From the IMG/VR virus record IMGVR_UViG_3300038465_000034: 64,000 nt of DNA; one strand, 5' to 3'. This document shows positions 20,065 through 28,568 of this stretch, piece by piece. The stretch is from an uncultured virus (IMG/VR IMGVR_UViG_3300038465_000034) (Duplodnaviria > Heunggongvirae > Uroviricota > Caudoviricetes). The notes under the pieces are model-generated. The model was given only the letters and a program-made list of their open reading frames with translations, was not told the DNA's origin and did no database searches. Numbering within the stretch: the first letter of the stretch is position 1; each line of letters opens with the position of its first letter. The translations under genes and the position numbers were made by a program.

Positions 20065-20775
20065 ATGGGCCGCAACAGTTCGAGAAACAAAACCATCACG
20101 AAGATGTACCTTCCTCGGTTGAAGAAGTATTGCGAGGAACTGGAAAAGCAGCTTGAAGCCTTGAAAAGTGATCCTCAAACAACCCTCGGGCAGGTCATCA
20201 ATCAGGCCCGCGAGTTGTACACCCAGAACAGCCGCCTGTCGGTGCTGACCGCCGCATTGCTTGAGGCACAGGGCAACAAGGTCACGGTCAGTAAGGCAGC
20301 CATGGACAAGTTCGAGAATCATCGCGTCCTCATCAAGTGGGAACTCCCCGAAGGCGTGGAGAAGGCCGAAGACGCCAAGGAATTCGTGTTCATGTACGAG
20401 GCGGTCAAGAATCAAGTCCCGATGCAACCGATTCAGGTTGGACCGATGACCCACGCTTCCGTTCCGATCACCGCACAGGCTATCGAAGGCACCGCCCCAC
20501 TCGCGGTCGAAGCCGAGTGCACGTGTCCTGATTACCCCAACACGATGAGTAAAACCTGCCCCGACCACGGCTTGGATGGTGACCCATCGGTAGCTGATCC
20601 CGAGTCTGACGGAAGCAACGAAAATGAAGCACAAGCCGTTGATCCCGAAATCATTTCCTCCGCAATGCAGGGTGTGGATTGTCCGTACTGTGAGGACGGC
20701 ACTGAGCACAAGCACAGCGAGGAAGATGTCGCTCACTTACGGAGCTTGCTGAATGAACCCACTCCGCAAAGTTAA
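20065..20775 (+). CDS. Hypothetical coiled-coil protein
   Basis: AGGAG RBS, 236 aa. Confidence 0.65.
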   Translation: MGRNSSRNKTITKMYLPRLKKYCEELEKQLEALKSDPQTTLGQVINQARELYTQNSRLSVLTAALLEAQGNKVTVSKAAMDKFENHRVLIKWELPEGVEKAEDAKEFVFMYEAVKNQVPMQPIQVGPMTHASVPITAQAIEGTAPLAVEAECTCPDYPNTMSKTCPDHGLDGDPSVADPESDGSNENEAQAVDPEIISSAMQGVDCPYCEDGTEHKHSEEDVAHLRSLLNEPTPQS

Positions 20776-21013
20776 GCGGCAGAGCGCCGATGGCTCGTTG
20801 ACCGAGATCGATTTCTTGGAGATCAAGGCGGGCGATAAGTTCCGCCTCTATGAATTCGACAGCATCACTCCGGGCGACGAGAACGGCGAGACTCTTTACA
20901 TCGCTATCGAGGACGCTCACCCGCTAGAAGGTAGCTATGCGGCTGTCGTGGTCAACCCCTTTACCGAGACTGTTGGTCCCCATTCTGTGGTTTGGGAAAT
21001 TCCAAACCCTTAG
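20753..21013 (+). CDS. Hypothetical protein
   Basis: GGAG RBS, 86 aa. Confidence 0.55.
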   Translation: MNPLRKVKRQSADGSLTEIDFLEIKAGDKFRLYEFDSITPGDENGETLYIAIEDAHPLEGSYAAVVVNPFTETVGPHSVVWEIPNP

Positions 21014-21113
21014 GTATATCCTGCTGCCGATGACCTTTAATGGGCTGCTCGTTCTGGGCTAGAACCGATTGGCGCGTCAGCCATCAAGCAAGCACGCTCG
21101 ATACCTTTCCTAT

Positions 21114-21141
21114 ACGGGGGCAGCACTTGCTCTGCCCCCGT
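21114..21141. terminator. GC-rich hairpin, probable intrinsic terminator
   Basis: ACGGGGGCAG..CTGCCCCCGT perfect 10-bp stem followed by an AT-rich tract. Confidence 0.6.
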
Positions 21142-21185
21142 CAGTTAAAAATTTTAAAAATTTCCTAGCCATCTGCCCCCTATTT

Positions 21186-21195
21186 TGGGTATAAT
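21186..21195 (+). promoter_or_regulatory. -10 element upstream of the cytochrome gene
   Basis: TGGGTATAAT about 45 nt upstream of the ATG, with AGGAGG RBS at ~21224. Confidence 0.5.
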
Positions 21196-21239
21196 AAAGG
21201 TGAGACGGAATTCATTAAATCTCAGGAGGCAACACTACA

Positions 21240-22274
21240 ATGAAAAGGCTATTCTTAGTTCTTCTTCTGGTGGTAATGGCTTCGGCCATGGCGCTCGCAC
21301 AAGTGACCGCTGGCGGAACAAAAATGACCACAGGTTCCAGCAGTACCGTCGCTCCGGCGATAGACATATTGGGTGCTCACAACAACTACGGTCGTGGCTG
21401 CGCTGGTTGCCATGCCCCGCACAGTGGCGCTTATGGCGCAGGCGGCAACGCCGTCACCGGCACCGTCACCGATTCCTACACTGGCACCAATGCACTGTTC
21501 GCGCAGGACATGGGGCCGCTGTGGGGCCAGACGTTTGACTTCAGCGACATTTCCAATACGGGCAGCGCCAACAAGTACCTGTTGACGACTCCTACCAGCG
21601 GCAGCCCAACCTCGTGGACCGCGCAGCAATACAGCGACGTTCGCGGCATCATCATGTGCTTGGCTTGCCATGACGGCGCAGTCGCCAAGGGCGCGATGAT
21701 GCAGAACTGGGCCTTTGAAGAGCAGATCGGCGCATTGCCGACTTCCTATGGATCGGGCAAAATCCCGACCTTGCTGGGCAACGACGGCACTTCCGCTGGA
21801 AACTACAACAACGACCATCCAGTGGGCGAGAGCGCCACTATGTCTGCCGTGTTGGGCAGCTACTATAACAACGCCTCCAACGGTCTGACGTATACGATCA
21901 CCAACAACGCCATTACTTCGTTCGTAGCCGCTGGTCAATATGCACAATTCGTCACTTCCTACGGCACGCCTGCCATCGGCAAGGGCGCACACTCCTACGG
22001 TACTCCAGTCAACGCGAGCGGCGTTCCGTATCTAGTCTGCACAACCTGCCACAACCAGCACGCGATGAATGTGTACGCATCGTCGGCAACCACCCCGATT
22101 GCTAAAAATACGGCGGGTACCTATGCGACGTTCTTCTTCATCAACGGCCCCTACAATGTAAACGACGTTACATTACATCCGACATCGGCTAACAGCACCA
22201 CGCAGTTCTGCCGCCAGTGCCACTTTGGCGAGTCGAACGAAGCCAATGGCGGCACACTGCCAACGGTGTTCTAA
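21240..22274 (+). CDS. Secreted tetraheme c-type cytochrome with OmcE-like architecture
   Basis: Sec signal MKRLFLVLLLVVMASAMALA. Four CxxCH motifs (CAGCH, CLACH, CTTCH, CRQCH) and four candidate distal His (GAH, APH, NDHPV, NQH). Confidence 0.85.
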   Translation: MKRLFLVLLLVVMASAMALAQVTAGGTKMTTGSSSTVAPAIDILGAHNNYGRGCAGCHAPHSGAYGAGGNAVTGTVTDSYTGTNALFAQDMGPLWGQTFDFSDISNTGSANKYLLTTPTSGSPTSWTAQQYSDVRGIIMCLACHDGAVAKGAMMQNWAFEEQIGALPTSYGSGKIPTLLGNDGTSAGNYNNDHPVGESATMSAVLGSYYNNASNGLTYTITNNAITSFVAAGQYAQFVTSYGTPAIGKGAHSYGTPVNASGVPYLVCTTCHNQHAMNVYASSATTPIAKNTAGTYATFFFINGPYNVNDVTLHPTSANSTTQFCRQCHFGESNEANGGTLPTVF

Positions 22275-22291
22275 CTTTAGTTGATCGAATC

Positions 22292-22325
22292 GGAGGAGGG
22301 GATTTTTTCCCTCCTCCTTTTCTTT
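22292..22325 (+). terminator. Intrinsic terminator after the cytochrome gene
   Basis: GGAGGAGGG..CCCTCCTCC stem followed by TTTTCTTT. Confidence 0.75.
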
Positions 22326-22356
22326 AGTGCACTTCCCAAACTTTCAGATATTTGGT

Positions 22357-22707
22357 ATGGGTCAAGTAAGCAGCAAACTCCGACGTGTTGAAGGGGGCTT
22401 TGCTCACTGGTGCCCCGCCTGCGAAGAAATGCACATACTCCCTGATAGTTGGACGTTCGACGGGAATCTGGAGAGCCCAACATTCGTTCCGAGTTTCAAA
22501 CATTCAGGCATACGGAGAGTGTTTGTCGATGGGAACTGGACTGGGGAGTGGAAGCGAGATGCCACTGGCAACACGATTCCGTTCATCTGCCACTACACCC
22601 TAACCGCCGGACAACTTCAATACTGTGGCGATTGCACACATGTCCTCGCGGGGAAGACCGTGCCCCTGCCTCCGTTGCCTAAAGAACTCACTGACGCTGA
22701 GATTTAA
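22357..22707 (+). CDS. DUF6527-like Cys/His protein
   Basis: HWCPACEEMH..WTFDGNLESPTFVPS..CHYTLTAGQLQYCGDCTH.LAGKTVPLP. Confidence 0.7.
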   Translation: MGQVSSKLRRVEGGFAHWCPACEEMHILPDSWTFDGNLESPTFVPSFKHSGIRRVFVDGNWTGEWKRDATGNTIPFICHYTLTAGQLQYCGDCTHVLAGKTVPLPPLPKELTDAEI

Positions 22708-22859
22708 GTTGTCAATTTTCTAGACTTTCAGTATTATGGTTTAGGGCGTGCGTCGGCTTGTGCGGGCAGTTTACGTACCCACGCCCAATTTAACCACCCC
22801 AGAGGAGCATAGACCATGACAGTTCTTCATTAGAAGACCCAAAGGAGGGTCCTGTCACC

Positions 22860-23519
22860 ATGTCTATCTCAATCTGGCGGAAGATTGATCTCTTCCTCCG
22901 TAACCGCCCCATCCCTGTCCCCACAGGCATAGTTCGTACTGTGCCTTGGGACCCCGACTTCATCTACGACAACCCCGATCCATGGTACACGAACGTCTAC
23001 TGGACGATCCGCCGTGGAATCAAGCACATCCGTGAGTTCCCCGAGAACATTTATTACGCCATCAAGTGGTTCATCCAGCGCGGAGCCCGAGGCTGGGCAC
23101 CACGCGACACTTGGGGTCTAGATTCCTACCTCGCGGGCTGGCTGCCACAGGCTCTTCGCTACCTCAAGGAGCACAAGCACGGCACCCCCATGTCCGTGTT
23201 TCCCGAGGGTCCCGAATACATCGACGAGACTGGCAATCCCACCGACGAGGCGCACGAGATCGCAGTCACCCGCTGGGACGCCATCATGGAGAAGATGATC
23301 GCTGGATTCGAGGCAAGCAACCGTCTCGACGACTGCATCTACGAGGAGGAACTCGGTCCCTACCCTAGCCGCCGTCCTGTGGGCGTCAGCTCCGAGGCAT
23401 GGGCTAAGGTCAAGGACGATCACTTCGTCGCTCTGCGGGCTCTGGAAGCGCGGGATCAGGCCATTCTTGAGGAGGGGCTGGCGTTGTTTGCCCGGCACTT
23501 CCAGAATTTGTGGGATTAG
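22860..23519 (+). CDS. Phage hypothetical protein
   Basis: AGGAGG RBS. WGLDSYLA..W..IMEKMIAGF..EGLALF..NLWD resembles a phage family I recall. Confidence 0.7.
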   Translation: MSISIWRKIDLFLRNRPIPVPTGIVRTVPWDPDFIYDNPDPWYTNVYWTIRRGIKHIREFPENIYYAIKWFIQRGARGWAPRDTWGLDSYLAGWLPQALRYLKEHKHGTPMSVFPEGPEYIDETGNPTDEAHEIAVTRWDAIMEKMIAGFEASNRLDDCIYEEELGPYPSRRPVGVSSEAWAKVKDDHFVALRALEARDQAILEEGLALFARHFQNLWD

Positions 23520-23699
23520 TCATGGGATCAGGAAACGCACACGCTAATCGCCACGGACGCATGACGGATTGCATCTATTGCAAATACCGCCCGAAGGAAG
23601 CACGCAAGAAGAACCTTTACCGCAACGCCTGCCAAGGTTCTCGCCAAAACAAGGGCAAGGTAAGCGGCATTAAGAAGAAAGGCAAGAAGGTGGACAAAA

Positions 23700-23984
23700 A
23701 TGCTCGGGTATAGCAAATACTGGACAGCGGGGTTCTCGACCAGTCAATGGTACGAGATCACACATCACAAGGAATTCGGCTGGGCTGAATTCTACTTCGT
23801 CTTCGCGGGAGTGGAGTACGATAATCATTGCCAGTCATGGAGACTGGAGTTCTACTTCATGGGATTGCGGTTTTGGCTCCAGATCGCCGACCCATGGGGC
23901 ACCCACCCCACGGATGTCGAAATGGCACTGGGGGAATTCCTGAAGGACGAACAATGCAATCAAACCCCAAGCGACCAAAAGTGA
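23700..23984 (+). CDS. Hypothetical protein
   Basis: 94-aa aromatic-rich ORF. Confidence 0.5.
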   Translation: MLGYSKYWTAGFSTSQWYEITHHKEFGWAEFYFVFAGVEYDNHCQSWRLEFYFMGLRFWLQIADPWGTHPTDVEMALGEFLKDEQCNQTPSDQK

Positions 23985-24066
23985 TTCGGCGGGGGTGCCC
24001 ATGTTGCGGCACCTACCACCGCGTCCTCGTCAATCCACAGGGAAAGAAAATGAAGGGTAAACACTA

Positions 24067-24648
24067 ATGAAGAAACGTTATCACAAACTCGCCAACGCCT
24101 ATGACGCTTGGTGGTTCCTCTACTACCACCCCAAATTCCAACGGATGATCCGTAATCCAATTACGCCAAAACGGGCGGACAAGATGGAGGCGGCGGGCTT
24201 CCTCGTCTCCCGGGATCGCAGTGGCAAATGCTATTGGTACATGCGGCACATGCCCGTACCCGCCATCACCGAGAATCTCAGCGTCCATTACGCCAAGACC
24301 GATGGTAACCGAGTCACTAACGACCTCAAAAAGAACGTGAGCGTTGAATGCTGGCTGGAGTTCGGTTCCGTAAAGTACGGCTACATGGCGGGAGAGATCA
24401 ACGCTGATTGGGACACCGAGACAGGCGAGATGAACTACCACGACTATCGTCTGGACAGCGGTGGACCGACCTTCGACGCCGCCCTCATCATGATGGCAAA
24501 GAAAGTTCGTAAGGTCTACGGGGACTACTCCCTGCGGACCCCAGCCGATCCTTGCGGCCCGAAGCCCTGTGCCGACTGCAAGAAAATTGGCGTGACCATG
24601 AAACGACTGGGATTGGAAGGCAAAAAGAAGAAACCTGTGGTATCATAG
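24067..24648 (+). CDS. Hypothetical protein
   Basis: 193-aa ORF with a TAATG junction. Confidence 0.65.
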   Translation: MKKRYHKLANAYDAWWFLYYHPKFQRMIRNPITPKRADKMEAAGFLVSRDRSGKCYWYMRHMPVPAITENLSVHYAKTDGNRVTNDLKKNVSVECWLEFGSVKYGYMAGEINADWDTETGEMNYHDYRLDSGGPTFDAALIMMAKKVRKVYGDYSLRTPADPCGPKPCADCKKIGVTMKRLGLEGKKKKPVVS

Positions 24649-24651
24649 TGT

Positions 24652-24858
24652 ATGCTTCACACATTTTCTTGTATTCAATGTAAGGGCTCATGGCAAGCGT
24701 ATTGCTTTGAGGACGTGAATTACACCAAACGTGGTTGGCAACAACGGAAGAAACAGCTTGACCTCGGGCTGTGCGATGAGTGTTTCAAGAAGAAATTTGG
24801 CAAGCTGCCTGAACAGCGGAAGCGGCGCACCGCCGTCCCTATTTTAGTGCTTGGATGA
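24652..24858 (+). CDS. Small Zn-finger-like protein
   Basis: CIQC..CDEC. TGGTATCAT lies 5 nt before the ATG. Confidence 0.45.
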   Translation: MLHTFSCIQCKGSWQAYCFEDVNYTKRGWQQRKKQLDLGLCDECFKKKFGKLPEQRKRRTAVPILVLG

Positions 24859-25004
24859 GACGCCCAGCCGCAAGGTCAGGGACGCAAGGCAGCCGACTTT
24901 AGCCTGACCATCATTGGGAAAAAGGAAGAGCACGGTTGCGAGAAGTGCGAAGAGATGCGACAATACTATGAGGGCATGATGCGCGTCGTCATGGCGAGAT
25001 CGTA

Positions 25005-25187
25005 ATGGCAAAACTGACACCATTCGAGGAGTTGATCGAAGGACTGGCGTTGATCTTTATCATCGTCGTATTCGGTCTACTTTTCTTAGTCGCTGCCACC
25101 ATCATCATTCACAGCAGTCCGATTTCGTGCGTGGTCGCAGCCTTCTGTGCATACGTGCTCTGGGCAGCCGACAAGGGGAAACTATGA
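25005..25187 (+). CDS. Small membrane protein
   Basis: Two hydrophobic segments. Confidence 0.5.
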   Translation: MAKLTPFEELIEGLALIFIIVVFGLLFLVAATIIIHSSPISCVVAAFCAYVLWAADKGKL

Positions 25188-25402
25188 GGACGAAGGTATT
25201 CAAAGTCGAACTGCTGATCGTGAATCACGATAACCTGACGATGAACGAAATCGCGGAGGTCATCGAGAATGCGAACTACCCCAACGACTGCATCGGGCCT
25301 CAGGTCATGGAGATCACGTCCCGCGAGGTCGAGTGGAGCGACGAGCATCCGCTGAACAAACGGACGACACAAGCGGACGCCTACAAGGAGCTTTTCTCAT
25401 GA
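25184..25402 (+). CDS. Hypothetical protein
   Basis: ATGA coupling; begins MRTKVFKVELL. Confidence 0.55.
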   Translation: MRTKVFKVELLIVNHDNLTMNEIAEVIENANYPNDCIGPQVMEITSREVEWSDEHPLNKRTTQADAYKELFS

Positions 25403-25572
25403 ACGCAATGCCATACGCTATTTTTATCCTTGAAGCCACGGTCGAAGACGACCATTATGATGAGCCCGGAACGAAAGAAGAGCTTGAAGCGGACTTCCGC
25501 GATTGGGCGAAAAAGAAGCACCTGAAACTTAAGGCGGTACATGTCGCCGAATACTTGCGAGGCGTGAAATGA
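25399..25572 (+). CDS. Hypothetical protein
   Basis: ATGA coupling and an AGGAG RBS. Confidence 0.5.
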   Translation: MNAMPYAIFILEATVEDDHYDEPGTKEELEADFRDWAKKKHLKLKAVHVAEYLRGVK

Positions 25573-25751
25573 TAAAACTGGATTTCGTGCCCGTAGTTGT
25601 CGATCTTGCCCAGCCGCCTACCGTGGAGATTGACGAGCGGGGGTTCTACCTCATCGACGGTCAGTACGTGCCAGACACGGAAACAGGTCGTCTTAGGCTC
25701 GAATACGCTCTTAGGGATAACCCACTGAAACCAAAGCCAATAAACCCCTAA
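25569..25751 (+). CDS. Hypothetical protein
   Basis: ATGA coupling. Confidence 0.5.
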   Translation: MIKLDFVPVVVDLAQPPTVEIDERGFYLIDGQYVPDTETGRLRLEYALRDNPLKPKPINP

Positions 25752-25793
25752 AATCCTATAGATTTTCGCCTCTTTTTTGGTATAATAGGGGGT

Positions 25794-26069
25794 ATGACGA
25801 ACACAGAATTCATCGCCGCCCTCAACCAGAAGTTCAACAGCATCGGCTACACCTTCCTGATCGAGCGGGACGGCATCAAATACACGCGCATCGTCCAGAC
25901 CGCATCGGGCCATCGCAGCGTCTATTGCTTTGTTGACGCCAGCGGCAACATCTACAAGGCAGCAAGCTGGAAGACACCCGCTAAGGGCGTTCGCTCGACG
26001 CTGGCGACCGTGGACATCAGCACCGTTGACCCACACGGGGCTTGGCTGTATGCGAGAGCGAAACGCTAA
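25794..26069 (+). CDS. Small phage protein, probably leaderless
   Basis: KYTRIV..SVYCFVD..GNIYKAASWKTPAKGVR. TGGTATAAT lies 7 nt upstream of the ATG. Confidence 0.7.
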   Translation: MTNTEFIAALNQKFNSIGYTFLIERDGIKYTRIVQTASGHRSVYCFVDASGNIYKAASWKTPAKGVRSTLATVDISTVDPHGAWLYARAKR

Positions 26070-26341
26070 TGATTCCCTGTTGCCAAGTCTGCGGAAGCAA
26101 GCGCACGGCGGATGCCAAGCAGCCCAGCCTGTGCTACTACATGTGCTACTGGCTGCTCGAAGGCTGGCTCGGGTTTAACGCCCGCACGAACAAAGTTGCC
26201 ATCAGGGATCAACGCGCATTCCAGTTTGTGCCCGATAAACTCTCCTACCCCAAGACTATCGCCAAGGCCCGATCACTCGGCTGGCGTGGGCGTGAGAATG
26301 TGACGGGGACCTTTTTGACTACCGCCGCGCACCCGTGGTAA
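26069..26341 (+). CDS. Hypothetical protein
   Basis: TAATG coupling; CQVC..CYYMC. Confidence 0.5.
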   Translation: MIPCCQVCGSKRTADAKQPSLCYYMCYWLLEGWLGFNARTNKVAIRDQRAFQFVPDKLSYPKTIAKARSLGWRGRENVTGTFLTTAAHPW

Positions 26342-26350
26342 GATCGGTGC

Positions 26351-26554
26351 ATGAGAACTTTCACACTGAACGATACGCAGGTAGAGCAATACTCCGCTTG
26401 GCAAGAGGAACATCGGAAGACTTGTAAGGTCGTGCCCGACTTCTCGGGCGCACATTGCAAGGTCATCTTTGTCCCGAGCGGCCTCGGCGACAGCGCCACG
26501 GTCGAGTGTTTCTGCGGCGAGAAAAAGTATCTGGACGACGGAGTGCAAGCTTAA
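26351..26554 (+). CDS. Hypothetical protein
   Basis: 67 aa; F.PSGLG...VEC.CGE. Confidence 0.55.
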   Translation: MRTFTLNDTQVEQYSAWQEEHRKTCKVVPDFSGAHCKVIFVPSGLGDSATVECFCGEKKYLDDGVQA

Positions 26555-26994
26555 AGTTTCTTAGCCATCGTCAGGGCGTGGTAGTTGAGTTTGTAGTAGT
26601 TCCGCCTGAACGCCGTAACCCTGTAGCCTAGCCTGAAATATAACACTTGCGCCGGGTTCCCGACACTTACTTCCAGTTTAATCTCAGCGAGCCCGCGCTT
26701 CTTAGCAGCCGCCTCGTACAAGCCAATGAGTTTGGTCGCCACTCCCTTGCCGCGTGCCTTGGGAGAAACGTCCACGGTGTCGATGTAGCCCTTGCCAAAT
26801 TCTTTATCCGCCAGTAGGAAGCCTACAATTTTGTCGGCTTCGGCGGCGATCCAGACGTTGTTCTTTTTGGCGGCAGTGAGGAGGGACTTGTTGAAGGTTG
26901 CTTGGGTCCAAAGAAAGGGTGCTTGGAAGCACCCCTTCTCGATTTCGTACAAGGCAGGAAGTTCTTCCGCGTCGAGGCTATTGCGAAAGGTCAT
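26551..26994 (-). CDS. GNAT N-acetyltransferase (RimI-like)
   Basis: IDTVDVSPKARGKGVA..LEVSVGNPAQVLYFRLGY..RNYY. Confidence 0.9.
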   Translation of the reverse strand: MTFRNSLDAEELPALYEIEKGCFQAPFLWTQATFNKSLLTAAKKNNVWIAAEADKIVGFLLADKEFGKGYIDTVDVSPKARGKGVATKLIGLYEAAAKKRGLAEIKLEVSVGNPAQVLYFRLGYRVTAFRRNYYKLNYHALTMAKKL

Positions 26995-27020
26995 GTAGCC
27001 TCAGTGTATCACAACCGTTG

Positions 27021-28283
27021 TTAGTCGAGGAAGATCGGCGTTGCCATCGTCTTCGAGTTGAACTTCTTGTTGATGAGGAAGAACGCTTGCGTCGGCTTCT
27101 CGAATGCTGCGCCGATGCTGTTGGCAAAGGCGTTGTATCCGATCAAGCTGCCGTTCGTAACGAACGTTCCGCTATCAATGTACTGGTGGAAGTGACCGAA
27201 CAAGTCGAGATTTGGAGTCCTCGGGTTGTTGATGTTCCAGTTGGCGATCTTCTTGTTGACGGGAATCGTGATACCACCAACACCGCCGCCGTAGCCGATA
27301 GCATGACCGTGGTGAGTACGGAGTTTGAAGGCCCCACCAAACAGATCGTGCGTGCTGTGGTAACCGTCAGCAATGCACCACTCGATGCGGTTGCCGTACT
27401 TCGTGTCGCCGTCGAAGATCATCTTCATTTCGCGGTACATCAATCTTTCCCACGAGTTGGATGGCTCAGTCTTCTGACGCAGTTTCGGTGTGCTGCGACC
27501 GTGGTTACCCGTGTGGCAAGCGACTTTGAGGACCGTCTTCTTGCTGAGGTTGTCGAGGGCGAACTTCATACCGCTGACAAGACGCTCCTGCACCCACCAG
27601 ATCGCATCTCCCGGGCCAAGCTGGTTGCTTTCAGCTACGTCGGGATGGATGGTGTTGGTGATGAAATCACCGAGCAAGGCCAGAAAGACGACGGGAATGT
27701 TGGTGTCCTTCTGCATGATGTCCGTCAGGCGCATCATGTTCTGCCAGTACATCTCGATGCGGTGGTCGGCGGTAGTCAGATCGAAGTAGTTGCGGCCTTC
27801 GACATCGGCGTAATCAACCTTTTCTTCGATGTGCCAATCGCTCGCGGCCCACACAGCAACCGACTCGCTGGTGCCAGTGACGACCTTTGGCAGGATGCTG
27901 AGATGTTGCGACGTGCGAGTGCGAAGGTCCTGCAACACGGACAAGGTTTCCTCGGCCCGTTCCGCACGATGGATAGCCGCCTCATACTTGGCCTTCAGGT
28001 TGTGCTTGCGATCTTTGACTTTCTCGATCTCAAGTTCGACTTGTTTATCGGGCGAGGGCTTTGCAATCTTGGAGACCACCTGCGCTTCGGCCAGAAATGC
28101 TTGAAAGGTCGGCCAGTAGATGTTCCATTTGTCTTTGAACTCACTTTTGTTGCGGAAGAAATCGCGTGTAAGCTCTTCGGTTTGGGTTGCAAGACGCTGG
28201 GCTTCAGCGATGAGGGTTTGCTTTGAAACTTTCTTCGAATCTTTTTTCTTAGCCAAGAATGTTTCCTCCGAGAAGAGACTCAT
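27021..28283 (-). CDS. Calcineurin-like metallophosphoesterase with N-terminal coiled coil
   Basis: SDWH, LLGDFI, GNHGR, HHGH, GHFHQ and NGSLIG motifs. Confidence 0.85.
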   Translation of the reverse strand: MSLFSEETFLAKKKDSKKVSKQTLIAEAQRLATQTEELTRDFFRNKSEFKDKWNIYWPTFQAFLAEAQVVSKIAKPSPDKQVELEIEKVKDRKHNLKAKYEAAIHRAERAEETLSVLQDLRTRTSQHLSILPKVVTGTSESVAVWAASDWHIEEKVDYADVEGRNYFDLTTADHRIEMYWQNMMRLTDIMQKDTNIPVVFLALLGDFITNTIHPDVAESNQLGPGDAIWWVQERLVSGMKFALDNLSKKTVLKVACHTGNHGRSTPKLRQKTEPSNSWERLMYREMKMIFDGDTKYGNRIEWCIADGYHSTHDLFGGAFKLRTHHGHAIGYGGGVGGITIPVNKKIANWNINNPRTPNLDLFGHFHQYIDSGTFVTNGSLIGYNAFANSIGAAFEKPTQAFFLINKKFNSKTMATPIFLD

Positions 28284-28568
28284 CTATGCAACGTATAGTT
28301 GCTAAAATAGAGCGCCAGTGCAGAGCCAGTACGGAGCCACTTGTAAAATGTAGCGCCGAAGTCGATGAGGTAGGCTGGTCTGTTGCGTTTTGAGTGCAGT
28401 CTCCCACAATTTGTTAATACCAAGACTGCGCCACAATTTGTGGGGAAAAAGTTTTCTGACAGCCAACGCTGGAAAACTCAGCCGCTTTCCGTATCTTCTT
28501 ATGAGGGGTGCTGCTGACCGAACACGCTACCCAGAGACCCTCAAAACCGTAGAAAATAGGGTATTTTC

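Noticed and set aside
26898..28226. 442-aa + strand ORF
   Set aside because: It is the antisense shadow of the metallophosphoesterase gene.
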